Source: an uncultured Acidobacteriota bacterium (lineage in GTDB: Bacteria > Acidobacteriota > Thermoanaerobaculia > UBA5066 > DATFVB01). From it: a DNA stretch of 64,000 nucleotides. The position numbers were made by a program, and so were the translations under genes. The stretch lies in contig CAWEYG010000001.1 in assembly GCA_963813155.1 (NCBI GenBank), forward strand, positions 256,001-320,000. Direction: 5' to 3'. How positions within the stretch are numbered: the stretch's first letter is position 1; the number at the start of each line of letters is the position of its first letter. The notes beneath the pieces are model-generated. The model saw only the letters and a program-made list of their open reading frames with translations. It was not told the DNA's origin and did not search any database. Of this stretch, positions 20,113-29,099 are shown piece by piece.

Positions 20113-21276
20113 TCAGGAGGCGGCAGGCTTCGCGACGGTGCCGCGCGCGACTTCGACGGCGCGACGGATCACGGGGTCGCCATCGGACTTCTCCCCCGGG
20201 AAGAGATCGACGCGAATCGTCGGACGCAGGGCCCGCCCGGTCAATTCGGTTCCGGACGGCGTCACGTACTCGCCGACCGTCATGTACAGCGCGCCTCCGG
20301 ACGACATCGGAAGGAGTTTCTGGACGATCGCCATGCCGGCCGTCGGTTCGCCGACGAGATCGCTCCCCGCCCGGTCGTGCAGAGCGCCGGCGAAGACCTC
20401 GGGAGGCCCCCCGGATCCGCTGTCGATCAGAACGACCGTCTTGCCCTTCCAGACCTGAGTTCCGGAGGTCGAAAACGTCTTTCCCGCAATCTTCTTGCCG
20501 GAGACTTTCGCCACTTCTCCCGACGGGATGAAGAGCGACGCGGTTCGGACCGCCTCTTCGATGTCCCCTCCGGCCGAGTCCCTCACGTCGACGATGATTG
20601 CCGGGGAGCCGGGCGGAAGCGATTCGAGCTGACGCTTGACCGCCGCGGCGACGCCGGGCTGAAAGTACGGGATGCGAATCACCGGAACCTGCTCTTCCGA
20701 TCGCTTCGTCACCTCCGCCGGCTGGTACGCCTTCCGCGCGACGCGGACCGTGACCTCGCGCTCGTCTCCGCCCCGCAGAAGCCGCAGCGACGTCGCGGAA
20801 CCCTCGGGCCCCGAAAGACGAGCCTCGATCTCCCAGAGAGACTGATTGCGGGACGGGGCGCCTTCCACGGAGAGAATCACGTCGCCCGGCTTGACGCCGG
20901 CGGCCTCCGCGGGAGAACCCGGCACCGGCGCGACCACGAAGGCGAACCCGCCGCGACGCCCGAGCACGAGACCGGAGTCGGACGCCTTCGACGCCGAAAA
21001 AGCCCGATACTTCGCCATCTGCCCGGCGGAAACGTAGTACGAATAGGGGTCGATCGCGTCCGTCACGCCGTCGTAAGCGCCCGCCAGGAGGGCCGACGTG
21101 TCGACCGGCTCGACGTAGTTCGTTCGCGTGAGATTGAGCACTTCGGTGAAGATCGCGAGCGGCTTCAGGACGGGGTCCTTGCCGGGCGCGAGGATCGGCC
21201 CCTTGAGGGCGGTCAGCAGCACCAGCGCCGCGATCGACGCCAGGACGAAAGCGAGACGGGACCGATTCGACTTCAT
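20113..21276 (-). CDS. S41/CtpA-family PDZ protease homolog, catalytic Ser/Lys apparently lost
   Basis: NYVEPVD, DPYSYY, PDZ segment (PGSPAEAAGVKPGDVI), DVRDSAGG, YVTPSG. SASASE reads SGGPPE and TFGKG reads TAGMA. Confidence 0.88.
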   Translation of the reverse strand: MKSNRSRLAFVLASIAALVLLTALKGPILAPGKDPVLKPLAIFTEVLNLTRTNYVEPVDTSALLAGAYDGVTDAIDPYSYYVSAGQMAKYRAFSASKASDSGLVLGRRGGFAFVVAPVPGSPAEAAGVKPGDVILSVEGAPSRNQSLWEIEARLSGPEGSATSLRLLRGGDEREVTVRVARKAYQPAEVTKRSEEQVPVIRIPYFQPGVAAAVKRQLESLPPGSPAIIVDVRDSAGGDIEEAVRTASLFIPSGEVAKVSGKKIAGKTFSTSGTQVWKGKTVVLIDSGSGGPPEVFAGALHDRAGSDLVGEPTAGMAIVQKLLPMSSGGALYMTVGEYVTPSGTELTGRALRPTIRVDLFPGEKSDGDPVIRRAVEVARGTVAKPAAS

Positions 21277-21324
21277 CTTGGCGATTCTAACACCCGGAAA
21301 GCCCTGCGCATTCCGGCGGCGAAA

Positions 21325-24300
21325 TCACCTCAGCCACCCCAGCGGGTCGGTCGCCTTCTGATGGTCCCGCACTTCGAAATAGAGAGACGGCTCGGTTTCG
21401 CCCGGCCCGACTCCGACCAGGCCGACCCGGTCCCCGGTGGAGACGACATCCCCGACCCTCACGACGATCGACCGGAGCCGCGCGTAGAGCGTCAGGACCT
21501 CGTCCCCGTGGTCGAGCACCGCCATGTTTCCGTATTCCGGGAACCACCGGGCGAACACGACTCTCCCGGAGTAGACGGCCGTCACGGGAGATCCATCCGG
21601 AGCGAGGATCTCGACGCCGTTGGACACGGTCCAGGCGTCGAACCGCGGATGGCGATGGCGTCCGAACGTGACAGAGATGCTTCCCCGGGCCGGCCAGTCC
21701 AGAACGCCCTTCCACGGGCGCGGGGAGCCGGCGGCGCCCGAATCGCCCCGGGAAAGGAGATCGAGCAGCGATTCGAGCCGTTGCGCCTTGTCCGAGAGCT
21801 CGGTGACCTGCTTTCGGGATTGCACCGCTTCGGACTGGGAGCGAGAAAGCAGGCGAAGCCGCTCCTGCTTCAGCGAAGCGATGCGCGCCTCCTGCTTGCG
21901 GTCCTCGGCGAGAAGACGGTCGGTTTCGGCGGCGAGCGCGGTTTCCGCGCTCAGGTCGTCCTCCAGCCGGCGTCCCGCCTCGGTGAAGCGCTTGAGGGAC
22001 TGGGCATCGGCGCGCGCCAGGCCGTCGAGAGTCTCGAGGGCGAGGAACACCTGCGACGTGGTCCGCGTCGAAAGAAGCACCTGGAGATAGCCGAAGCGTC
22101 CGAGACGCGACAGGAGCAGGATCCGGGAACGCAGAGCGCCCAGCGACTTCTGTCGCTGGGCGCGGGCCTGCGCGAGATCCAGGGACGTCTCCCCGCTGCG
22201 CCGCGCCAGATCGTCCCGGCGCGCGGCAATCCATTCGCGCTCCCTTCCCGCCATTTCCAGCCGCAGATCGAGCGCCTCGACCTCCTGGCGCAGCGAAGCC
22301 GTCTTCTTTTCCGCTTCCCGAAGCCGCCTCTTCGAGTCTTCGACTCGAGCCTGCAGGCGCTGCAGGTCCTGGCGTCCGGATTCGGCCGGCGTTCCGGGCG
22401 GATCCGCGCGCGCCGCCGAAGGGACCCCGACGCAGGCCGCAAGCGCAACGCACGCGGCGATTCCGTTTCGACGGTGCCGGCCGGAGCGGGAAGCGCCGCC
22501 CAGCCGCTTTCGGAGCTTCGAGAGAGATTCGGAGACCTCGCGCGACGTCTCCGGGGAGGCCGGGCGGCCCCCGAAGGATTCCACCCGGTAGATTTCGACG
22601 ATTTTCCTCGCGAGGCCGGCCGCGTACGCGCCCGCGGACGCAAACCCTCGAATCACCTCGGAAGAGGCGGCCGAATCCGAAAGAGGCCCGATCTTCCGCC
22701 GGTGCAATTTCCGCAGCTCCATGTATCCCGCCACCCCGGGGGAACGCCGTCCTCGCCGGGCCCGCCGAAGCAGAACCCGGGCCAGCCCGGCGAGCAGAAC
22801 GGCGAGGAACGCGACGAGGACGGGAGCGAGCCGCGGCGTTCGCACCGAGGACTCCAGGCGCGCGATCAGCGCTCTTCCGATTTCGATCAGTTGCACCTGC
22901 TCGAGCGAGCTGAACCCGAGGACATTGCGATCGTAGAAGAATTCGATCTCGTTCCCCAGCTCGGTGATCTTCTTCCAGACCGACACGGTCGTGACGCCGG
23001 GCCGGCCCTCCGCCGGCGTCGGGTCGAAGACCCGGAATCCCCGGCCGTCCACGTCGGCCTCGACCCAGGCGTGGAGATTGCTCCCGCGCACGAGAATTTC
23101 CGAAGAAAACGGCCCGAGCTCGCCGCCGAGCGAGCCTGTCGCGAGCCGCGCGGGAATTCCCTCCGCGCGCATCATCAGCGCGAGGGCGCTCGCGAAATAT
23201 TCGCAATGACCCTGCCGCGTGCGCAAAAGAAAATCCACGACCGGCTCGCCTCGGGCCGGCGGAGGATCGAGGCGGTACAGGAACCCCTTCGAGAAGTAGC
23301 CGACGAGACGGCTCGCGACGGCCCGGCGATCCGAGGCTCCGGCGGCGAGCCGGTCCGCGAGATCGGCGATCTCGGGAGGAACGTCGCGGAGAGTCACGCC
23401 CGTGCGGCCCGGTCCCGCTCCGTCCACCTGCGGCACGTACTCGACGCGGTAACGTTGTCCGCCGATCGGGCCGGGCGGCGCGACCGTGGCGTCGGAGGCG
23501 ATCGAGAGCTGCGAAGACATCGCCGAGATCGCCGTCGCGCCGTAGGGAACGAACAGGAAAGACGACGCCAGCGACGACGCTTCGATGTCGACCGCGCGGC
23601 CGGCGGGAGGATGCGGGAGCGCGACGGCCGTGCGATACGGCTCGGGGATCTCGACTCTCGCGTCGATGTTGGGAAGGCGCGCCATCGGCATTCCTTCCCT
23701 CGTCCATCGCCCCTCGGAGTAACGGTTGAAGGTCGTTTCGCGTAGCCGCAACGGATCCGCGATTTCTCCTCGCGAAGCCTGCACCCTCAGGAGGATGCGG
23801 TCGCTCCTCTTCGACGACGGGAAGGAAGTCAGGTCGACGCGGTCCGACGTGAAGAACGAGCCGCCGAAGGTCTCTTTCGGAACCGGCGCGGTCGCGAAGG
23901 GCGTTTGAAGCCGCGGAAGCGCGACGAACAGGGGGATCGCCAGGGCCGCGATGGCAACCACCGCGAGCAGCGACATTCCCGCCGTCGGGACCCGCGCGAA
24001 AAATCCGGCGGGGGGAGACTCGTCGAAGTCGGACAGGATCGCGATTCTCGCGAGGCAACGGAAGGACACGACGGCGATGAAGGCGAGGTACAGAAGCGAG
24101 GCGACGTGGGTCGAAGTCGAAGCCGCGTCGAGGGTGAGAAAAAAACAGAGCAGCAGGACCATGCTCTCGTCCCGGGACGACCGAAGGGACGCGAGCTTCG
24201 CCGCCGCCGTGAAAAGCAGGAGGTTCGTCGCCGTCTTGACCAGCCCGTGGTGCAGGAATCGGACCTCGCGGTAGAAGAAGCCGACGTAGAGAAGGGCAAG

Positions 24301-24504
24301 AACGTTCAGGACCGAGTTGGACAGTTGCAACGGGCGCGCTCGCCGCGCCCGGAGAAACACGTACAGGAGCAGGGCCTCGTAGGCGACCAGGACGCGAACG
24401 TCGAGGACTTCCGTCCAAGGCAGAGGCAGCGGCGCCGCGGCGGCAAGCGGCCAAAGGGCGGCCTGGTGGGCGGCCCGGGAGCCCCGGGAGAATCGCTCGC
24501 TCAT
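21325..24504 (-). CDS. Transglutaminase-like membrane protein (TgpA/DUF3488 type) fused in frame to an EnvC-like coiled-coil/LytM (M23) domain
   Basis: N-terminal TM bundle, GHCEYFASA/HAWVE/FDPTP triad, TM helix, then a signal-like segment, coiled coil and LDWPARG...GRVVFARWFPEYGN...LYFEVR. ATGA overlap with the DUF58 stop. Confidence 0.85.
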   Translation of the reverse strand: MSERFSRGSRAAHQAALWPLAAAAPLPLPWTEVLDVRVLVAYEALLLYVFLRARRARPLQLSNSVLNVLALLYVGFFYREVRFLHHGLVKTATNLLLFTAAAKLASLRSSRDESMVLLLCFFLTLDAASTSTHVASLLYLAFIAVVSFRCLARIAILSDFDESPPAGFFARVPTAGMSLLAVVAIAALAIPLFVALPRLQTPFATAPVPKETFGGSFFTSDRVDLTSFPSSKRSDRILLRVQASRGEIADPLRLRETTFNRYSEGRWTREGMPMARLPNIDARVEIPEPYRTAVALPHPPAGRAVDIEASSLASSFLFVPYGATAISAMSSQLSIASDATVAPPGPIGGQRYRVEYVPQVDGAGPGRTGVTLRDVPPEIADLADRLAAGASDRRAVASRLVGYFSKGFLYRLDPPPARGEPVVDFLLRTRQGHCEYFASALALMMRAEGIPARLATGSLGGELGPFSSEILVRGSNLHAWVEADVDGRGFRVFDPTPAEGRPGVTTVSVWKKITELGNEIEFFYDRNVLGFSSLEQVQLIEIGRALIARLESSVRTPRLAPVLVAFLAVLLAGLARVLLRRARRGRRSPGVAGYMELRKLHRRKIGPLSDSAASSEVIRGFASAGAYAAGLARKIVEIYRVESFGGRPASPETSREVSESLSKLRKRLGGASRSGRHRRNGIAACVALAACVGVPSAARADPPGTPAESGRQDLQRLQARVEDSKRRLREAEKKTASLRQEVEALDLRLEMAGREREWIAARRDDLARRSGETSLDLAQARAQRQKSLGALRSRILLLSRLGRFGYLQVLLSTRTTSQVFLALETLDGLARADAQSLKRFTEAGRRLEDDLSAETALAAETDRLLAEDRKQEARIASLKQERLRLLSRSQSEAVQSRKQVTELSDKAQRLESLLDLLSRGDSGAAGSPRPWKGVLDWPARGSISVTFGRHRHPRFDAWTVSNGVEILAPDGSPVTAVYSGRVVFARWFPEYGNMAVLDHGDEVLTLYARLRSIVVRVGDVVSTGDRVGLVGVGPGETEPSLYFEVRDHQKATDPLGWLR

Positions 24505-25538
24505 GCCGCGACCCTCCGGCGGGTCTCTCCCGGGCGCGGGGAAGGAAACGGCGGCGCGCCCTCGACCGGGAGCGCCGGCAGCCGGGCGAGCGCCTCCAGG
24601 ACGCGGCGGCGCTGGGAGAACCCGCCTCCGGGCGCCAGCGAAAACCCCCGGGCCGCGAGCCCGACCTCGCCGCCGGAGGCGAGCACCCGCAGCGCCTCCC
24701 CCGCCGTGAGCGAGATCGAACGCTCCAGCCTTTCGATCTCGGCCGGATCGAGAGGACGGGACAGCGCGTTCTCGACGAGGAAAACGACCGAGCTCGACCG
24801 CTCGTCTTCGCGCTCCCGGACGATCCACTTCTGCATCCGAGCCGACTGCTTCCAGTGAAGATCGCGAACGTCGTCGCCGGAGGAAAACTCGCGCAGCGTG
24901 CGCACCTCGGCGCCGAAGCCGCGGCGGGCCGCCGAATGCCTCCGCCCGCTCGTCGAGTCCTGGGCGGGCTCCGGGAGGCCCGACCGCTCGGGCGCCGGAA
25001 AGACGACGATCTCCTCCGGAATCCGCGCGTCCGCGTACTTGCGAAAAAGCCCCAGCGGAAACCGGCTCATCACGCCGGCGTCCGCCGTCGGAAAAACGCC
25101 CCGCCGGGGAAATACCGCCTCGACGAGATACCTCCTCTCCTCGCCGGGCGCGAGGGGCTCGAGGTAGAGCGGAGCCGGAAGCGCCTCGTGGAGAAACCAG
25201 ACTCCCTGGGCGGTAAACCGGCGCGAACGGCATTTCGCGACGATCAGAAGATTCGACGGCCGGCCCGCGACGATTTCGCCCTGCGCCCGGACGGTGCATT
25301 CGACCGCGCGGACGTTCCGGCGAGACACGATGCCGGAAACGACCATCCCGGCGAGCAATCCCGCCAGAATCGTGTAGAGCCCGTTGTTCGCCGTGTTCGT
25401 CGCCGCGATCGCGACGAGCAGCGTGAGGAGAATGTACGAGAGTCCGAGGTTCGTGATCCGAAGGTGCCAGGAGGGGACCAGACGCGTCACGCGAGGTTTC
25501 GTCGAGGGCGGATCCTCCGGCCGGATCTCGCGGTTCAT
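24501..25538 (-). CDS. DUF58 domain protein (MoxR-associated)
   Basis: AATNTANNGLY, FPLGLF, LREFSSGDDVRDLHWKQSAR, VRERE. Confidence 0.9.
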   Translation of the reverse strand: MNREIRPEDPPSTKPRVTRLVPSWHLRITNLGLSYILLTLLVAIAATNTANNGLYTILAGLLAGMVVSGIVSRRNVRAVECTVRAQGEIVAGRPSNLLIVAKCRSRRFTAQGVWFLHEALPAPLYLEPLAPGEERRYLVEAVFPRRGVFPTADAGVMSRFPLGLFRKYADARIPEEIVVFPAPERSGLPEPAQDSTSGRRHSAARRGFGAEVRTLREFSSGDDVRDLHWKQSARMQKWIVREREDERSSSVVFLVENALSRPLDPAEIERLERSISLTAGEALRVLASGGEVGLAARGFSLAPGGGFSQRRRVLEALARLPALPVEGAPPFPSPRPGETRRRVAA

Positions 25539-25540
25539 CT

Positions 25541-26476
25541 TCAGACCGGCACGGGCACCTCGGAGAGGATCTTGCGGATGATCTCCCTCTCGCGGGAACC
25601 CGTTCCGAAGCCGTCGGACGACACGGAAAGAATGCGATGCGCCAGGACCGCCTCGGCGACGGCTTTCGCGTCCTCCGGAAGCGCGAACTCTCGCCCGGCG
25701 AGGAGCGCCCGCGCCTGCACCGCGCGAAACAGCGCCTGAGCGCCCCGGGTCGAGACGGGGAGCCGCAGGTCGGACCGCTTGCGGCTCGCCTCGATGAGCG
25801 CGTAGATGTAGTCGAGCATCTTGTCCGCAACGCGAACTTCCTGAACGCTCGCCTGCAGTTTCGCGATCTCGTCCGGCTGGAGAACCGGCACGACCGATTC
25901 CAGGGCCCTCTCGGCGCCGCCGCTCTGGAGGAGTTTCTTTTCCTCCGCGGGGGCCGGGTAACCGAGGGAGATCCGCAGAAAGAAACGGTCGAGCTGCGAT
26001 TCCGGCAGCGGGTAGGTCCCGAGGTACTCGACCGGATTCTGAGTCGCCACGACGAGGAACGGCTCGGGCAGGCCGAGCGTGCCTTCGTCCGTCGTCACGC
26101 GGCCCTCGTTCATCGCCTGCAACAGGGCGGACTGGGCCTTGGGAGTGGCGCGGTTGATCTCGTCGGCGAGGATGATGTTGCCGAAAATGGGGCCGGGATG
26201 GAACTCGAACCGGTTGTGCGAGGAATTGAACACCGAAACGCCGAGGATGTCGGCGGGCAGCGTGTCGCTCGTGAACTGAATCCGCGAAAATTTCAGGCTC
26301 AGGGCGCGGCCGAGCGCCCGGGCGAGCGTCGTCTTGCCGACTCCCGGCACGTCTTCGATCAGGACGTGGCCATGGGACAGAAGCGCGATCAGGAGAGACT
26401 CGATCGCGGCGGGGTCGCCGCGGTACACCGAACCGATCGTGTCGCGGAGCCTCTGGAGCGGGAGCGCGCTCGTCAC
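25541..26476 (-). CDS. MoxR-family AAA+ ATPase
   Basis: HVLIEDVPGVGKT, RIQFTSDTLPADILG, LADEINRATPKAQSALL, ATQNP, LPESQLDRF. GTGA overlap. Confidence 0.95.
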   Translation of the reverse strand: MTSALPLQRLRDTIGSVYRGDPAAIESLLIALLSHGHVLIEDVPGVGKTTLARALGRALSLKFSRIQFTSDTLPADILGVSVFNSSHNRFEFHPGPIFGNIILADEINRATPKAQSALLQAMNEGRVTTDEGTLGLPEPFLVVATQNPVEYLGTYPLPESQLDRFFLRISLGYPAPAEEKKLLQSGGAERALESVVPVLQPDEIAKLQASVQEVRVADKMLDYIYALIEASRKRSDLRLPVSTRGAQALFRAVQARALLAGREFALPEDAKAVAEAVLAHRILSVSSDGFGTGSREREIIRKILSEVPVPV

Positions 26477-27468
26477 CGCGAGCTCGAAAGGAAGTCGCGT
26501 ACGGCATCGCGAAGGTCGCCCTCCCGCGAGCTCGGAAAAACGAGGATCCCTTCGGCCGTCGCCGCGACGACCGAATCGGAGATCCCGACCGTCAGCACCG
26601 GCTGGTCCGGAGAGGAGAGGACGAGGTTTCCGTTCGCGTCGCATCCGAGCAGTTCCCGGAGCGCCCGGTAGGACCCGACGTCGTTCCAACCGGCGTCGCA
26701 CGGGACGCAGAAGACTTTCTTCGCCTTTTCCATGATCGCGTAGTCGAAAGAGATCGAAGGCAGCCGCGCATAAGTCTCCGCTACGCCTCCGCCCGTCTCC
26801 CGGTCGTAACGACGGCACGCCTCGAGCAATTCCGGATCGACCCGGGAGGCCTCCGCGATCAGGTCGGAAGGACGGAACACGAAGATTCCGGCGTTCCAGA
26901 GAAAGTTTCCGGCGGTCAGATATTTCCTTCGCGGTTTCGAGATCCGGCTTCTCGACGAAGCGGCGCACCCGGCGGGCAGCGCCCCCGCCTTCGCCCGGCT
27001 CCGCCTCGATGTATCCGAATTCCGTCTCGGCTCGGACCGGAACGATTCCGAGCGTCACGATCGACCCCTCGCTTGCAGCCGTCGCGGCCGCCGCCCGAAG
27101 CGCGGCGCGCAGGGCCTCCGGATCCGACACGGACTGGTCGGCCGGAACGACCGCGGTGATCGGATCGCCGTCGCGCTCGAATCGCAGGGCGGCGCAGAGG
27201 ATGGCCGGGCCCGTGTTGCGGCGCGAGGGCTCCAGCATCAGGCTTCCCTCCGAGAGCTCCGGCAGCTCGGAGAGCGTCAGCTCCCGGTACGATTCCGCTG
27301 TCGCGACGAAAAAGTCACCGCCGAGAGGCGCGAGGCGCTCGTACGTGTCGCGGAGGAGCGACCGTTTTCCCCCGAGCGAAGAGGAATTGCTTCGGACGTT
27401 CTCTCCGTCGAAAGGGGCCAGAGTCGCGTTCCGGCGCCGCCCGCCAGCAGGAGAGAACGGATCTTCAC
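26473..27468 (-). CDS. manC: Mannose-1-phosphate guanylyltransferase (three apparent +1 frameshifts near 27402, 27380, 26923)
   Basis: LAGGAGTRLWPLS / RPKQFL / EPSRRNTGPA, PADQ, FGYI, FVEKP / WNAGIF, ISFDYAIMEK, GWNDVGS, spread over successive frames. Confidence 0.88.
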
Positions 27469-28361
27469 GGCCAGGGAAGCCCCAGCAGCTCGACTTCCGG
27501 CACGAGCTCGATCGAGAATTTTTCCAGAACGCGCTGCCGCATCAGGCGCATCAACTCCAGCACGTCCGAGGCGGCCGCCCGATCTTCGTTCACGATGACG
27601 TTGGCGTGCCGGCTCGAAATTTCAGCTTCTCCCTGCCTCGTTCCCTTGAGCCCGCATTCTTCCAGCAGTTTACCCGCGAACTGGCCGGGAGGGTTCTTGA
27701 AAATGCTTCCGGCATTGGCCTGCGGCGGAAGGGCGCCGCGGCGTTTCTCGGTCACTTCGCGAGTCTTTCTCTCGATTTCCTCTTTCGAGGCCGGACGCAG
27801 CCGCAGGATCGCCCGGCAGACGATCGCTCCGCTCTCGATCAAGCCAGTCCACCGATAGCCGTGCTCGATGTCGGACCCGGGCACCTCGCGCAGATCCCCC
27901 GACCGGTCGAGCAACGTGACGCTTTCGAGAACGTCGAAGATCTCGCCGCCGTAGGCCCCGGCGTTGATGCGGACCGCGCCCCCCATCGAGGAAGGGATTC
28001 CGGAAATCGATTCGATTCCCGAAAGGCCCGCGCGCGCCGCCTTCGCGCACACGCCGCCGAGAGAAGCGCCGCCGCCGGCGGTCAGCCGTTCGCCGTCGAT
28101 CGAGACTTGCAGGAATTCCCCTTCCAGGACGACGACGTATCCGGGCAAGCCTTCGTCGGAGACGAGGACGTTGGAGCCCTTGCCGAGGATACGGAACGGT
28201 TTTCCTTCGGATTTCGCGGCCCGCAGCGACTTCGCCAGACCCTCGGCGCTCTTCGCGACGACGAAAAATTCCGCCGGTCCGCCGATTCGAAGCGTCGTGT
28301 GCTTCGCGAGCGGCTCCGCAAGGCGGATCTCGCCTTCCGAGGGAGAGAGGGCGAGAGTCAC
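27465..28361 (-). CDS. murB: UDP-N-acetylenolpyruvoylglucosamine reductase
   Basis: HTTLRIGGPA, GKGSNVL, GIPSSMGGAVRINAGAYG, AGSIFKNP, HANVIVN, LVPEV. Confidence 0.96.
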   Translation of the reverse strand: MTLALSPSEGEIRLAEPLAKHTTLRIGGPAEFFVVAKSAEGLAKSLRAAKSEGKPFRILGKGSNVLVSDEGLPGYVVVLEGEFLQVSIDGERLTAGGGASLGGVCAKAARAGLSGIESISGIPSSMGGAVRINAGAYGGEIFDVLESVTLLDRSGDLREVPGSDIEHGYRWTGLIESGAIVCRAILRLRPASKEEIERKTREVTEKRRGALPPQANAGSIFKNPPGQFAGKLLEECGLKGTRQGEAEISSRHANVIVNEDRAAASDVLELMRLMRQRVLEKFSIELVPEVELLGLPWP

Positions 28362-28368
28362 GACGTTT

Positions 28369-28454
28369 CCCCCTCACCCGGTCCTCCGTCGCTGCGCTCC
28401 GGAGTCCCACCCTCTCCCTCGAGGGAGAGGGCAAGCGAAGCGCGGGTGAGGGGG
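28369..28454. repeat. Nested REP-like palindromic element
   Basis: Outer perfect inverted repeat CCCCCTCACCCG (28369-80) / CGGGTGAGGGGG (28443-54) enclosing the perfect palindrome CCCTCTCCCTCGAGGGAGAGGG (28410-31). Confidence 0.75.
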
Positions 28455-28464
28455 CACGTCAGCT

Positions 28465-28969
28465 TCACAGCAACCTTCCTATTCCGTAGGTGAGCGCGCC
28501 CGCGAGAACTCCCGCGGCCACGTCGTCCAGCATGATCCCCCACCCGCCCGGCAAGTCCTGGAGCTTCCGGATCGGTCCCGGCTTCCAGATGTCGAAGAGG
28601 CGGAAGAGAACGAAGGAGGCGAGCCAGAGCCCGGCCGCGTTGTGAAACTGAGGAAGCGCGCAGGGAGCGCTCGCCAGCAATTGACCGGCGACCTCGTCGA
28701 TCACGATCGGGCCGGGGTCTTTCGCCGCCGCCACGGACTCGGATCGGCCCGACCAGTAGACACCCAGGAAAAACACGCCGAGGGCCTTCGCGAGAATCCA
28801 GAGAAACCCTTGCTCGAACCGCGCATTGATGCACGCCGCGATCGCGAGGCCTTCCAGCGCTCCCCCACGTCCCCGGCGCGAACGGGATCATTCCGATGCC
28901 GCAGCCGGTCGCGAAAAACGTGGAAATCGGGCGCTCCTTCCACGCCCGGGACATGTCCGTTCTTGACAT
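28465..28969 (-). CDS. pgpA: Phosphatidylglycerophosphatase A (apparent +1 frameshift near 28858)
   Basis: PFAPGTWGS in one frame; KDPGPIVIDEVAGQ, LFRLFDIWKP, GGWGIMLDDVAAG in the next. Confidence 0.9.
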
Positions 28970-29055
28970 CAGGCGGAGCGAGGCGTAAAAAGACTCGTCC
29001 TCATCCGCAAAATCCTACACTGAACGTTCGCGCAAAATGCGCGACCAGGCCGCGC

Positions 29056-29082
29056 GTTCGCCGTTCTATAATGTCGGCGAAC
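29056..29082 (+). promoter_or_regulatory. recA -10 box (TATAAT, 29067-72) flanked by an 8-bp inverted repeat, candidate operator
   Basis: GTTCGCCG-N11-CGGCGAAC centred on TATAAT, ending 17 nt before the recA ATG. Confidence 0.55.
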
Positions 29083-29099
29083 ACGTGAAGGAGGAAGAC

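Noticed and set aside
19783-23745. 1320-aa plus-strand ORF (likewise 7052..10258, 45560..48730, 17018..19375, 40568..42904)
   Set aside because: Arg/Pro/Gly-rich translations overlapping well-supported genes; an artefact of stop-codon scarcity at high GC.
24504-25830. N-terminal 442 aa of the 1501-aa ORF
   Set aside because: Out-of-frame overlap with DUF58 and moxR; the real start is ATG 24504.
25541-27238. Apparent ManC-MoxR fusion ORF (565 aa)
   Set aside because: Caused by the insertion near 26923; moxR starts at GTG 26476, overlapping the manC stop.
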